From Microbotryum violaceum (Eukaryota): DNA of 64,000 nt. The notes under the pieces were generated by a model. It had not been told where the DNA came from and did no database searches. It saw only the letters and a program-made list of their open reading frames with translations. The DNA lies in assembly GCA_001244265.2 (NCBI GenBank), contig LN717261.1, positions 2,743,591 through 2,807,590 on the forward strand, in the 5' to 3' direction. A program made the translations under genes and the position numbers. This document shows, in pieces, positions 48,449 through 64,000 of this stretch (positions are counted from its first letter, which is position 1; the number at the start of each line of letters is the position of its first letter).

Positions 48449-51400
48449 CAGGACCCCCGAAAGCCCAGTCGGAGGCGCCTTTTTTTTTTTTTTTTTTTTA
48501 CATTTTGAGGACCCAAAATCCTGAAAATCGTCGAGGCGCATCGCAAAAAATTGACATTTTGGGACGAAACACACGTTTCGCCCCCGAGCCGCATGGCCAG
48601 ATTTTGACATTTTCCCGTGAGTCGGCCCAATTTTGGCCTACCCTGAGCAGCCTACGGCATCGCTTTGGGCCCGTTTGCCTTCGCTTCGAAACGCGCATCG
48701 CGATGCTCGCGCTTGAACAAGTCACTAGCCATTTTCGCTAATCACTTTAGTTCAGTGGCTGTTAGAGAATATTAGGGATTAGATACCCCTATCGAGTAAG
48801 ATAAAAATGACGGGGCCCCTGAGGTTCCGTTTCGCTTCACTTCGTTCTGACACTGGAGCATAGCACGACGAAATAATTCCATGCTTGTTTCTTGACGAAG
48901 ATCAGGACTACTATTTGCACGACGATGACTTTGATCAAGTATCGCCGCTCACCAACATGACGGTTGCCGAGCTCCTCGCCTTCGATGTCGCTCCCGCCGA
49001 CGCGTCTCTTCACATCGAGTTGTCCAAAGACGAGCCCACCCAGTATTCGAACTTACCCTACCCGACTCTTCAGACCAGAGACGCGTTTCTCGCTACCGAT
49101 GCTCTGATCAATGCACGCAAGAAAGGATATCGATCTTTGGCCGTCGGGTCGACGTGTTTGCCGCTCGGCTATGGTCAGAGTACGACCGAGCAAAAGACGT
49201 TCAAAGCTGGGCGCTGCGAGCTCAACGATGGATGGACAAAATCATCGTTATCAACGAAATTGACCGCAACCGTATCGCTGTCGCACGTCGCATACTGAAC
49301 GGATTGCAATGGCAAGAGCAAGACGGGCTTCTACCATTGCCTCTTCTTGCAAGTGGAACGAGTTTGGTTTATCTCCTGAGATTCTTAACTCAGTACACCA
49401 ATCCTTCAGCTGGCCACTCGTATTCATCTCGTATCTGAGGCAACTTGCTTATTCGCGTCTCTACCCAGGTCATGATTGGCTCGGTGAAGCCGCGGTGAAC
49501 TTGTCAATTGAAAGCGTCCTTCGAGCTGGACGAGTGCAGAATCCCGATTTCGAAACATCGTATGGACTTATACCCTCCACCGTCATCTCCTTGGTAATGG
49601 CTCGCCCTCCCGACTCGGATCCTCATTCGGTCTTCAAAGCCTGCTTTTTCGGCCCGCCAAACCAGTATCGGAATCTCATCGAGCTAGGCGATTGCATGCG
49701 CAACACGCCGACGTCAAAGTCAATCTGGTTTCTACCCCTCTGCTCCGACAGCCATTGGGTCCTGGCCCGCATCAACATGCACAAGCGGACATGGTCTGTG
49801 ATCAACTCACTCTCCGCCACTCCGATCACCGCGGCTACTCGGACGGCCGTCCTTACGCTATTCAAATTTCTGAAGCTGGACATCAGAAACGAGTTCCCTC
49901 ATACTCCTAAGGCGGAACAACAGGAAGACAGCTACTCGTGCGGGCCGGCTACGATCAATGCAGTGGAGACGGAGGTGCTCGGGATTGGGTCATTCAACGC
50001 AGAGCGCGCTCACATGTCACGGCTCCGTCAATTCTGTCGTTTATCCTCTCTGGTTGGTGCTGTCGAGGATCCCAAAGAGATCGAATCCATCGTTGCCACG
50101 GGCGCAAAATCAAAGGCAAAGTCTGGGAGGGGATCCGCTGCCGCAACACTGAGTAGCAAGAGCACGTCGGCAGAGTCCGGCAAGGCAGCGACAATCAAGC
50201 CAACAAATCAACGAGTCGCATCATCCTCAAAAAACCCGCCAACTTCTCGACTTCAAACGACCTTCACCAAGGCATCGAAGTCGACGAAAGCTCGAGAGCT
50301 CACCCCCGAGAAGCATACGATGTGGGCTCGCGACCATCCGCCTCTTTTCAGGAGGCTTGCTGAAAAAGTCGAAGATCTTTGCCCGGGATCGAATGTCAAC
50401 GTCAACAATCCAAAATACGTGCGGTGTGGACGATGTTATGTCTTGGTGCCAATGGCGGCCTTGCTGTGCAAGGCACGATTTGAATTACATCTCGGCAGTA
50501 AGAAGTGTGTCAACCTCCAACCCATCAGCAATTTTCTTCAGACCTATCGCCTGTGGCTCAACTGCTCCCAGCCCCTCGCTAGGACCGTGCCCCGGCCTTA
50601 CGTCTGAAACGGCGATACATTGTCTTTCATCAACTGCGGCGCAGGGTGGCGGGGCCCCTCCTCGACGGACGCTTTGTTTGCGCCTCTATCCCAAAATTGG
50701 TAAACGACCAATGACGGAGCTCGAGAGGAAGGAGGTGGACAAATTGGAAGCAAATGAATGGAAGTGGCGCAACGATCATCGAGCACCGCGCATCATCAGT
50801 GTGAATTGTTGCAAGTATAGCGCTCGAGATTCGATCAACAAGGACGGACCAAGCTTACCGTGTGAAGAATACGCGAAGCTTCCTAAGAATTCATCCTGTC
50901 GAGCAGCTCTTCGACATCAATATGCTGCTGGCGCAACTCGCAAATACACAACAAGAAATATGTCGCGGGCGATACACTTCTCTCGGCCATCTACCGGCGA
51001 CATCATGGACTAGAAGAGATCCTGGATGACAACAGTCAAGGGACCGTGTATCTACGATTCGCGCAAGGTGTGGCCTCAGGAGAATTTGACGGAGCGAACA
51101 TCTTGGAGGGATTGGTGAAAGCGGCTACGGTCAAGCACGATCGGATGGTCAAGGGCAAATCAATGCGAGGCTTTGTGCGGTCCGAAGCGCTGCGTGACTT
51201 CGAGCAAGCCATGGCGCTGGCGTCTCCGATGGCTCTGAGAGTGCTGCAGGCTACAATCGGCGCATCCACAAGCCGAAAACTGCAGTGAGTACCGTCATTC
51301 TTTCGTTCCTTCAATTCAACCTCATACTGAATGATCGAGGTGCTTGCAGAATGGACCAAGCGACATCAGACAGGATGCGCCTCGGCCTCGACAAGTCCAA

Positions 51401-54400
51401 CATGGATCGTGTCTGCGCCAAACTCGAAGCAGACGACCTAACGTTCAATTTACACTTAGACGACACGAAGTGTCGATCCAGGATGCGAACCACTCCATAC
51501 TACTCAGAAGACCTCAGTTTAGAGCGCGAACTACGTACGAAGGGCATATTCCGCCACGAGCTGATCGGATCAATTGGTCCGCCACGCATCTACGAAACTC
51601 CGGGTGAACTCCCTGATATGTTCAGCGGACCTGACCCCCGGTTGCTGGAACCAAAGTGAGTGACAATGATTTTTTTAAGTTTGTACTTCATTTCCATGAG
51701 GCTTTAACATGTGTCGCCTCTTCATTCAGATCCGAGCTTACATGATAGCACCGAACGATGTTGGCTCCCCAGCACAGGTGTTTGCCGCTTTTGTGATCGG
51801 CGAAACTACGAACGCGGAGGACGCGACCGAACAGTTACATTCAGTGATACAAGAATTAAATAAAACGTTGCGTCGCACACCTTCTGGTATCCATCTCCGC
51901 AGATGGTGCGGCAAGCGAGGGTGTGCTGCAACGTAATGTTGCCGTCCTTCTGCGCGATCAGGGTGGCGCTGTTGCTCAAACCGGATCAAGGAACGCGTCA
52001 TCATACACCCTCCCCTCCCCAGATCCGGACGGAGTGTTTCCTGAGATCACTATATCGACCGTCAACGTCGCGGGAACGCCGATAGTCTTCTGTCGGGACG
52101 AAAAACACCTGGCCAAATGTCTGAAGAACGCTATCGACTCTGGAGCAAGATTGCTGTTCGGTGGTCTCGGATGCATTGCCTACCAGGCTATGCTCACCAT
52201 CCTGGGCGGACTGGAGTCGCGTCGTACTCTGTCTCGTCGTGATGTGGTCGGGCGTGATCGTCAAGACGACAATGCAACACATCGGGCATTCTCCAAGGCG
52301 ACGCTCGAACTCGTAACCGAACTCGCTGAAGACAAAAAACTCGACCCCGATGCGGTCGTATATCTCTTATGTGGCGAGTTACACGATGCCATCCAGAACC
52401 GGTCGCTTCAGCCCCTTGAACGTATCAGGATGTTGCTCGTTGTCAGATATACGTTCGAGGCGTGGTATGACTTTGTCCGAAGTCGCCCCGGATCTAGCTC
52501 TCACTCGTTCCTCGCCAAAGAAACGCTTGATGGGGTCAGGAAGATGGTTGACTCAACGATTGCTTTCGTCCGCAACTACCGAGATTTTTGGCCGAAGGAA
52601 TCGTTCATTCCCTGGCGGCATGGCACAGAAATGGTGGAGCACTTCTTCGGGGGTATACGCCAGATTGTAAAGGAGTTCGATGCTCTAGAGTTCTTGCAGG
52701 TGCGTTCTTCATAAATCAATCTAATCTATACAGTAGTCAACCCGGCTAGAATCCGACAGGCAACTGGCAAAGTCACTGCACTCTTGGAGCTCATGAGGAA
52801 GTTTAAGACCGAGGCGGCGGGATCACGTCAAGGCTACCATCATACCTACAACGACCTCGACGATCTTGACCTTGTTGCGATGCGAACGTACCCCAGTGAT
52901 GGCGACATCTCTCTCACCAGTTTTGCAGCGGCAAATACTGCGCGTGAACTGCTTTCAGGTTTACGCATGTGGGAGCCTGTGCAACGCATCGCGTCCAACA
53001 GACGCAACCAAGGTCCGCAACCTGACATACTCGTCGAGGACGTACTCGCCCGTGGCACAACAGTTCAAGGTATGGAGTTGCGAACGACTTGGTCTATAAG
53101 TGATGCGTATCTGACACGGGATACCATGCCCACTTGAAGTAGATCTTGAAGACCATCATCCTACCAAGGAAGATCAAGGTCTGCTCCGCACCGAATTGCT
53201 GGATTCTGCTCTTGATGGCATGCGGCGTAGCACGTGCCAAGGTGTTGTGAAACTGGACCCAAACGAGCGGGAAGCTGTCGACCGTGCAATTCGATCGCTT
53301 GCAGCTCTGGACTTTGACGTTGAGGCAGCCTCGTGAGTGGACACTTCACTGTGCCACGTGCGCTGAAGCGTTCTTCTACCTTTTAATCCGGACCTCATAT
53401 TGTTCTCCTTTCTCATTGGCCAGACTCGACGTGCAAATCGCTTACGACGAAGCTGACAGACAAGCTGAGGAACGCTACGTACTCGAGACCATTGACAAGG
53501 CAAACAGCTCATTACGTCCAATCGTGCGTCTACCAAGCTCAACTAGCGTAATTTCGATCTGAGCTCATGCATCTTCGGTACTATACAGCCTACACACTTG
53601 AAGCTTCCGCCTCTTGTTGATGCTCGCGATACCAGTTCCTCGCTGAACTGGGCCAGCTTGATTGCCCATCGAGCTGCTCATGAGTGTAGCCACCTCAGAG
53701 CTGTTCTACTCAAAGGGAGGCCAATGGAATTGAGCGACACAAGTCGCGGAGCGGCAGGCTTAGAGATTAGCAATACAGAGCAAGGACGCAGTGCAGTACA
53801 TTCACGCGTCTTGAAAGGGTTGGTGCAGTCCATGGGACCATCTCGCTTCGAAGACATTGCGGGCACCGCAAGGAGCTTTCGCTGGACTGGAGGTGGCCAG
53901 GTGGCCCGAGCGCTCACAACAAGCGAGATTCAGAAGAACGCCTATATTGAGGACGGCCGCATTCAAGTGAGTTGTTGCTGAATTTAGGAACGAAGGCAGC
54001 TGGATCTAATGTTTTTCCGGTCCTATACTTTTAGGAAAAGCTCCCTGAGAGAGACAAGCAGTACGGAGCGCTAGCACAACGCTATCCTCATTTTGGATCG
54101 CTTGACGGAGCTGTAACCGCTGCCACACCATTGGAGATTAGATCTCTGATCTGCTTTGGCCTCAAGTGTGGCATGCATTCACTCAGCTGCGATCAAACTG
54201 TTTATGGAGAAGAAGCGCTGTCTATCGGAATTGGTACGCGCGTTGTTTTGAGTGACAGTTGAGGAAGTTCTCGTTTGACACAAGTATTGTGTCCTACAGT
54301 GCGACACATCTACAGCAGAGTGACAACAAACCACTGCAACCAAGACACGCTCCGCCTCGTTGGTTCTACTCTCAAATGTCGTCGTACAGGAGCTTCGCCT

Positions 54401-55013
54401 CATCAAGAAAACATGCTATTCCACACACCTCATTGATGGCACTATGCCGTTCCGCATGATTGATGGTCGACAAGTCATCGAGTCATTAGGCCCGTCAACG
54501 ACTACATATCGTTCAACCACGGACCTTACCTCATGTTACCCAGACGAGCGCCTAATCAGCACGAGCGCACATGCCGAGCAAAGGTTTGCCGCCCTTCGGA
54601 GCGTGCCCGGCCTGCGAGATGCCGCCGGCAGAACCTCTACAAGCCGCACAAATGCCACCGCGGAAACAAGGAGCTCAACTTCAGCAAAAAAGAAGTCTGC
54701 CAACGAAGCAGCGAGCCAGCCAGCAAAGCAAGGAAGGCTTGTTTGAAGCGTGGAGCCACGCGCAACACCAGCCGAAGCGACGCGCGCCGCAAGCCACTTT
54801 CGATAGGCCGCGGCGCGCCCGCAAACGCTCGGAACGCGTTTTCGAGGACTTTTGAGCGATTTTTGGAGCATGTGGAACACATTTTGATCATATTTCCGAG
54901 GCGCATGCCAAGTTTTGACATTTTGGGGCCAAAATAGGGTAAAAACTTTGACAAAAAGGCCAAGAAAGGGCGTTTTTTCGCATGCGCCTCTGGCTGGGCT
55001 TTCGGGGGTCCTG
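48449..55013 (+). mobile_element. 6.6-kb TIR DNA transposon encoding a Ulp1-like protease and P-element-like DDE transposase
   Basis: ~30 bp TIRs CAGGACCCCCGAAAGCCCAGTCGGAGGCGC / GCGCCTCTGGCTGGGCTTTCGGGGGTCCTG; CGCTG directly flanks both ends (48444-48448, 55014-55018); continuous + strand exon chain inside. Confidence 0.85.
48881..54746 (+). pseudogene. Multi-exon protease-transposase gene with frameshifts
   Basis: C48-like WFLPLCSDSHWVLARIN...VINSL...QQEDSYSCG (49309-50607); Cys motifs RCGRC; LHLDDTK (~51460), SISADG (~51900), RDEKHLAKCLKN, RDRQDD, WRHGTEMVEHFFGGIRQ (51923-52714). Confidence 0.7.
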
Positions 55014-55924
55014 CGCTGACGTCGTCGATCTCTCTCTGGCGACGACGCGTTCTTCCGTTTGACGAGGACGCGACTTGAAATCCCCCCTTTCTTCGGCTTT
55101 CTTCGCCGTTGCCGTTGGAATCGTCACCGTCCCTTGTCCACGCTCGTCTTGCCCCCTCCGGCTACACCCCTAACCCGCCAAGTGAGCAGTGTCCTACGAC
55201 CCCGAGTCATTCTTTCGGATCATTGGATCTACCTTCTGTTTCTTGGGATTCAACGCATCTGTCAAGGTGAGTGATCGTGTGCGTTGTTCCTGAATGGTTC
55301 GTGCATGTCCGAAACCAGGGTAGGCCGGGTCACGGCTGCGGCACCGCCCGTTGCGAGCGGCGTGTGCGAAAGCGGTGCGAGCCCAGCCCTAGGCCAGAAG
55401 GCCAAAATTGAGCCTTCGCAGGACGAATGGGGGAGGTGTTGGGTGGGTGCAAGGGGCTGGACGGGAGTGGAAGGATAGTATGGTCCAATGCTGGGCTGGA
55501 AGATGAAACGGCTTGCTCTAGGGCTTGCGCCCATCCGGTGGGTGACGACCACGAAGGCACACGCGGCCCGTCGGGACCGTTCGTGGCATGACGTGACTAG
55601 AGTAGCCTTGGCCAGAGGCGCAACCGATCCTAACACAAAGACTAACCATCTCGAAAACTTTCCGAGTTCAGGTATTGACCATCTCTCTACTCTACAGGTC
55701 CATAAACTAGCCTGTGCGGCAATAGCAGTGCGCGCAACACCGGAGCCTTCTTTCGCGCCTAAGTAAACGAACTTGTTGGAACCTTTGTCCGGGGTAACGA
55801 CGTGCTGCGTACGACGAGCTAGCGGAGTCAGTCTTGGTCACCACTCTCATACGTCGGCTAGTCAAGCTCCGAAAGTCCAAAGACAACATCGGAAACGGAA
55901 TCGTCTTCGTGGTGATTCGCCAAG

Positions 55925-58900
55925 ATGTCGTCTGCAGCCCAACAGATCAACCAGATCGCCAATGAATACAACTCGAAGCTCAACAAGGTTGCGTAAGTTG
56001 GCTCCGCCCTGGCGAGTTTGCATTGGGTGTCGTGGATACCCGGTAGCGGTCTTACACCAAGTGTGATTTCCCTCTCATCTCACATTCATACTTTTGCACG
56101 TTTCTGCCGCTCCAGTCCCAAAGCCGTGGGCATCCAGTTGGCTTTGATGGCCGCGCTCGGGCTCACCGCCATCGTCTCCTTTTCGATCCTTCGACCCAAC
56201 AACTCGGTCGTCTACCAACCCAAAGTCAAATACTCGGAGGATGAAAAGCGACCTCCCAAGTTGGGCAAGGGTCTTACAAGTTGGTACGTTTATCACTTCC
56301 AGGCTGAGCTGCGACACCGAGGTTGGCGAAACCTCATTCATGTGACTTGCTACCTGATAGGGTTGGACCTACGTTCAGAACCGACGAGCAGCAACTCTTG
56401 ACCACGATTGGTTTGGATGCCGTAACATATCTGAGGTTTCTGAAAATGTGCCGCAATGCGTGAGTGCTCCGTTCAAGATGAGCTTCGCGAGAGAAGAGCC
56501 GTTGATGTCGTGCTGCCACGGTACACTCATGCAGTCTCCTCGTCACCGCTGCATTGACTTGCGCCGTCCTGATCCCGCTCGACGTCATCTACAACTTGCG
56601 CAACGTGACGTCTAAGAACCGCAACTCCCTGCTCATCCTGACCATCTCGAAAGTGCGCGGCTCGTGGCTCTGGGCCCATGTAACCATGACCTACGTCCTC
56701 ACCGCCGTCGTCTTCTACTTCATCTGGGTCAACTACGACCAGATGGTCAAGATGCGTTGGCAATGGTTCCGATCCGACGAGTACCAAAACACCCTCCACG
56801 CGCGATCGATCATGGTCACCCAGATCCAGAAACGCGATCGGTCCGATGAAGGCCTGTTCAACCTCTTGCGAACTCTCCAAATCCCGTACCCTACGACCGC
56901 CGTTCACATCGGTCGCAAAGTCGGCACTCTGCCCGAATTGATCCAACGACACAACGATGCCGTACGCGCACTCGAAGGCGTGTTGACGAGCTACTTCAAG
57001 GACCCGAATCGAGTAGCGACGAACCGACCGACTATGAGGGTCGGTGGATGGATGGGCATGGGTGGCAAGAAGGTCGACTCGATAGATTACTTGACGCAGA
57101 AGATCCAACGCTTCGAAGAGAGAATCGAGGTGACGCGACAAGGAATCACTGGCGCCAAGCCTGAGAATTATGGTTTCGCCTCGTTTGAAACTGTTCCGTA
57201 CGCACACCTCGTAGCGAAAAAGCTCGAAGGCAAGAAGAAGGGTGATGCACGCTGGGATCTCGCCCCTTCGCCGCAAGACATCATCTGGGACAATTTGACG
57301 ATGCACGACAACTCGCGGCGCAAAAACAAGTTTTTCGGTGCCATCTTGCTCGTCGTCTTTTGCATCTTCTACCTCATACCCTTGGCCGCGGCTTCGTTGT
57401 TGGCCAATTTGTCTTCCCTGATCGCCTACGTCAAGTTCATCCGTGACTGGCAAAACAATTACCCTACGTTGTTCGCCGCATTCATCGGAGTGGTGCCCTC
57501 CCTCCTCACGGCTTTGTTACAGTTGTTGCTTCCCGTGGTCATCCGTGCGATCGCTTCGATGCAAGGAGCTATAACCCACTCGCGTGCAGATCGAGTCGTC
57601 ACGGCGAGGTACTCAGCGTTCGTCATCATCTCGCAATTTGTCATCTTCACGTTGCTCGGTGTCGTGGTTCAAGTCGCGATGAAACTTTATGTCGAGATTG
57701 ACGCCCACTCGTCGGCCTCCGAGATTTGGAATTACCTCAAGACGGTTCCTGATACACTGTTAGTAGCCTGCGCACCGGTCAAAAAGCTGAAGAGCATTGC
57801 CAATGACTGATACGAACTCCTCTCTTCCAGTCAAAATACGTACATCATCCAAAGTTCTTATTGGCTTACCGTCTTCCCACTTCGAGGAGCGTCGGCGCTG
57901 TTCGATCTTGCGCAATTGATCGCACTGCTTTACGTTTGGATCCGCACGCGACTATTCGGTCGCACGCCTCGCGAGATCCGTGAATGGACCAAGCCGCCAG
58001 AATTCGATTACCCGGTCTACTACTCAAACCACCTGCTCATGGTCGCCGTCGCGCTCGTCTACGCACCCATCGCTCCTCTCGTCCCTCTATTCGGATGCTT
58101 CGCTTTCACAGTGTCTTACTGGGTCTACAAGTATCAGCTGATGTACGTCAACACGACCCGCGTCGAGACGGGAGGTCGATTGTGGAACGTCTGCATCAAT
58201 CGTGTCTTGGTGTGCGTGGTCCTCATGCATGCCTTGATGGCCGTTACGATGGGCTTGACGTCGAACTGGTACCACTCGATCTCGATCGCGCCCCCCTTCA
58301 TCGGCGTCTTTGTCTTCAAATTTTTCCTCGATCGACAGTTTAGCGACCGTTTCCGTTGGTATGTGCCCTCGCAGACCGAGTTGGCCGAATTGAGGACTCA
58401 TCACGCCGACGCGAGGAAGAACCGCCTCGAGCGTCGCTTCGGTCACCCGTCCATGTTCGACCCGCTCTTCACCCCGATGCTCCACAGAAAGATCGAGCAC
58501 CTGCTGCCGACGATCTATCATGGCCGGATCGATCAAACCCGCGGTACACTCGAAGGCAAGAAGGTCGAACAGAACAAGATCGGCGGTCTCACGTTCGACC
58601 TGCTCGAGGAGAGTCAGTTAGCTTTCGATCGCAACGCATACTTGCATCAGCGCGACGAGGATGCGATGACCATTTCTTCCGCGACCCAATTGCACGCCAG
58701 TCCTGGCACCGGTCCGGGAATGGGACCTGGTTCGGCGGGCCGATACGTCGATGGTGGCGATTACTTCAACACGCGAAGGGAACAATACCTTCAACACGGG
58801 GCGAGTAAGAATGGAAGTCCTCTCGGTACTCCGATCGATGATATGGACGTACCGAATGAGTTGTCGAGGATGCCGACGGGAGGCACGATGGGCCCCAGCT

Positions 58901-59508
58901 CGTCGACCGATCAGCTGATCCAGTACCCTCCCTCTTACGCGGTCAATTCGTTCGGCTCTCAACCGGGTGGAAGTATATCTAGCTACGCCGGACATCACCC
59001 CACGTCCTCAGTAGGATCAACGGCGAAGTACCCCTCCGTCGCGCCGAGTGATCGTGAAGAAGAGCACCTGCACAAGCAACAACAGCAGCAGAGGAGAATG
59101 AGTGCCATGGACTTTGGGGTCCCTCTTCCCTCCTCCCCCCACGCCAACTACTCCGCCGTCTCTCGCTCTCGTACACCCTCACCCGGACCTGATCAAGCTT
59201 ATCGGGCTGCAAGGGACCCGAGAGCCTCGTTCGAAGCCGCATTCGGGAACAGCCTCCCCTCTCGTCATGCCGGAAGTGAACAACCCCCGATGCACCACAT
59301 CCGCCAAGGCAGTCTCCCACCCGGTCCTTCACCCAGGAGTTTACCGATGGGTGCCACACCTCCTCGACCTATTGGAGCGGCCACTCCCCCTCCTTTCATC
59401 CCTCATGCGCCGATGGCGAACTCTGCGTCTCCTTTCGCGGCTTTCGGCCCTCGACCAACAGGTAATGGCTCGCCGCGAGGATACGAGGAGCCTTTCGATC
59501 GTCGATAG
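55925..59508 (+). CDS. OSCA/CSC1/TMEM63 (RSN1/PHM7-like) membrane channel, multi-exon
   Basis: FSILRPNNSVVYQPK, TIGLDAVTYLRFLKM, LAPSPQDIIWDNL, PPEFDYPVYY, YWVYKYQLMYV...ETGGRLW; many hydrophobic segments; low-complexity C-terminal tail. Confidence 0.9.
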
Positions 59509-60174
59509 AAGCACGCCCATGACTTTTCTCTTTCTTTCTTGGAAAATTTCCTCGGTAGAATATAGGCACTCTATTGCTTCATTGTTTTTGTGCGTCACTC
59601 GCCCAACCCTTTGCCGTCTTTTTCTGCTTAACGATCAAACGAACCCACTTCCCTTCTGGCCTTGTAGCATTTAATCCCCTTCTTATTTTATACTTGCTCT
59701 GACTTATCGTTTCATACTGTACTCCATGACCAATGCGCCTTTTTAGACGCCGCACGAGGAATAAATAATTCGTGAGACGTGATCAAAAGGAGGACGAAAA
59801 AGTGTATGAATTGGTATCGATGCAACAACAGAAAGAGAGAGGCTCTAGGTGATCAAGATGTCACAGTCAAATATATGTCGGAATATTAGAAGTGTCTGTG
59901 GATTCGGGTCGTAGGAGAATATCGTGATGGATGGATGTAGTGTATGTGTGGTGGGTCGTCGATGGCGTCTAGGATACTACGAGTGATCTGCAGGCTGCGC
60001 GTCGACAATGAGCATCGCCCGCTCACGACTTTTGCTGCTGTTGCTGATTCTGATAAAGTGACTCCCTCCCCTTATTCAACACTGCACTCTCACCCTTGCG
60101 CCAATTTCTCCCCGCAGGAGTCAACATATCGGCATTCTCATCCCACGGACGAGCGGTGATGACCCATCCTTTAG

Positions 60175-61339
60175 TCAGTTCGGGAGGGAGGTAGCATGCT
60201 CGGTGCGGAGGGAAGTGGTCGACGCGGTCGGGTCGTTCGGCGAGATCTTTTTGGGTGTTTCAGCCGACTGGTTCTGATCGATCATGAAAACAAAAACATC
60301 GAGGCATCCCCTCAACACGGTGTATAGGAGTCGAGACAAGAAGCGATTTTCACTCACCATTCTTGCCAGCGGCTCGAAGACGGACCACGTGTCGACCGCA
60401 TACCGCTGCAGCTCGTCGTACGTTCTTGCCAGCGGCGTGGGTGCCTCCAAGATGTCTGGGATCGCGCCCATGCTCATGATGGCGCTGATCGTCACATCCC
60501 GCATCGCGGCAATCATGAAATCCAGGTCCTCGGGTGGCACCTGACTGGTAGACGAGATCTTGTACGCTTGCATGTCGTGTAGCCCCTGTCGGTCGTGGGA
60601 AAGCGAGCAGTTCCGCCGGCCGTCCCGGAATAGCTCTTTGCACCGCCACTTGCCGATGCTACTCATAGCGTTGTGGGAAGGGCGTCAGTGCCTTTCAGTG
60701 TATGCAAAGCCAAATATGATCTTGCTCACCCAACTCGGCCGCCTCCGCCTCCTCCACAGTCCGAGCATCGTTGGTACTTAGCTACACACGACACGCAGAC
60801 GACCTCAATCATGAGCTCGACGGGCAGATTGGTCGGCTGCGAACTGAGGCCACCGGCTGCAAGATCTCGCTGACAGACGTCACACGTCAGAGGCTCGACG
60901 TTGACCTTGCGTTTCTTGCTCCCAGCGAAAGCGATCTTGCCGCGACCTTGCGGGGGTCTCTCCTCCGTCGCTTGGATGTCGACGCCGGACAACGAATCAA
61001 GCAGAGCTGAGACCGAGTTTTCATATGTGATCTCGTCCCGGTCCTTTTCGTCGACCTGGGGTATGACAGGTACTCCTTTGTCGTCGATTGGAGGTTGACA
61101 TGTGAAGCAGATAAACTCGGCACGGTATGGTGTTTGGAATTGCTCCTCTTTCCCCCGCAATAGCGTAGATGACGGTCGGACATAGAAGGACTCAAGAAGT
61201 GGCGTACTCGGGGAGGAGTGGAGTGCTCGCAGTGATGTGGGCGTATGAGGAGACCCGGCAAGTCCACCCGTGAGAGCGCGAGATGCCGACGTTTTCGGGC
61301 TCGACCACACCCCTTTCGCCCCTCCGCCCGGTGTCAAAG
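60175..61339 (-). pseudogene. 3' part of a Cys-rich uncharacterised fungal gene interrupted by Copia
   Basis: ORF 60726-61337 is open up to the LTR edge with no ATG; CDVC...CVSC...RCSDCGGGGGGRVG continues after an intron as IGKWRCKELFRDGRRNCSLSHDR (60175-60666). Confidence 0.6.

Positions 61340-64000
<2,661 letters not shown>

Noticed and set aside
56527-57453. 308-aa minus-strand ORF
   Set aside because: Antisense shadow of the OSCA/TMEM63 exon.

Overview
Eukaryotic, intron-containing, GC-rich fungal DNA, most likely a Microbotryomycete (Microbotryum-like) mating-type region; the organism is inferred, not shown. A STE3 pheromone-receptor gene (23215-24557, -) lies tail-to-tail with mitochondrial ribosomal protein L6. 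Other host genes are LTO1-like, KEL1/Tea1-like kelch, UBP6, an OSCA/TMEM63 channel and a Cys-rich gene cut by a Copia insertion. They form islands among about 41 kb (summed from my coordinates) of mostly nested or decayed transposons: a Helitron remnant, two KDZ elements with CACCTC-starting TIRs and cargo, a CACTA/Tnp2-like element just upstream of STE3, a Ngaro/DIRS tyrosine-recombinase element that split a KDZ TIR, LTR fragments and a Copia element. The most unusual item is a TIR family (CAGGACCCCCGAAAGCCCAG ends) whose longest copy (48449-55013) encodes a Ulp1/C48-type protease followed by a P-element-like DDE core; a deletion derivative, a hollow shell and a diverged relative are also present. 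All calls come from reading motifs by eye; no database searches were run and exon boundaries are approximate.
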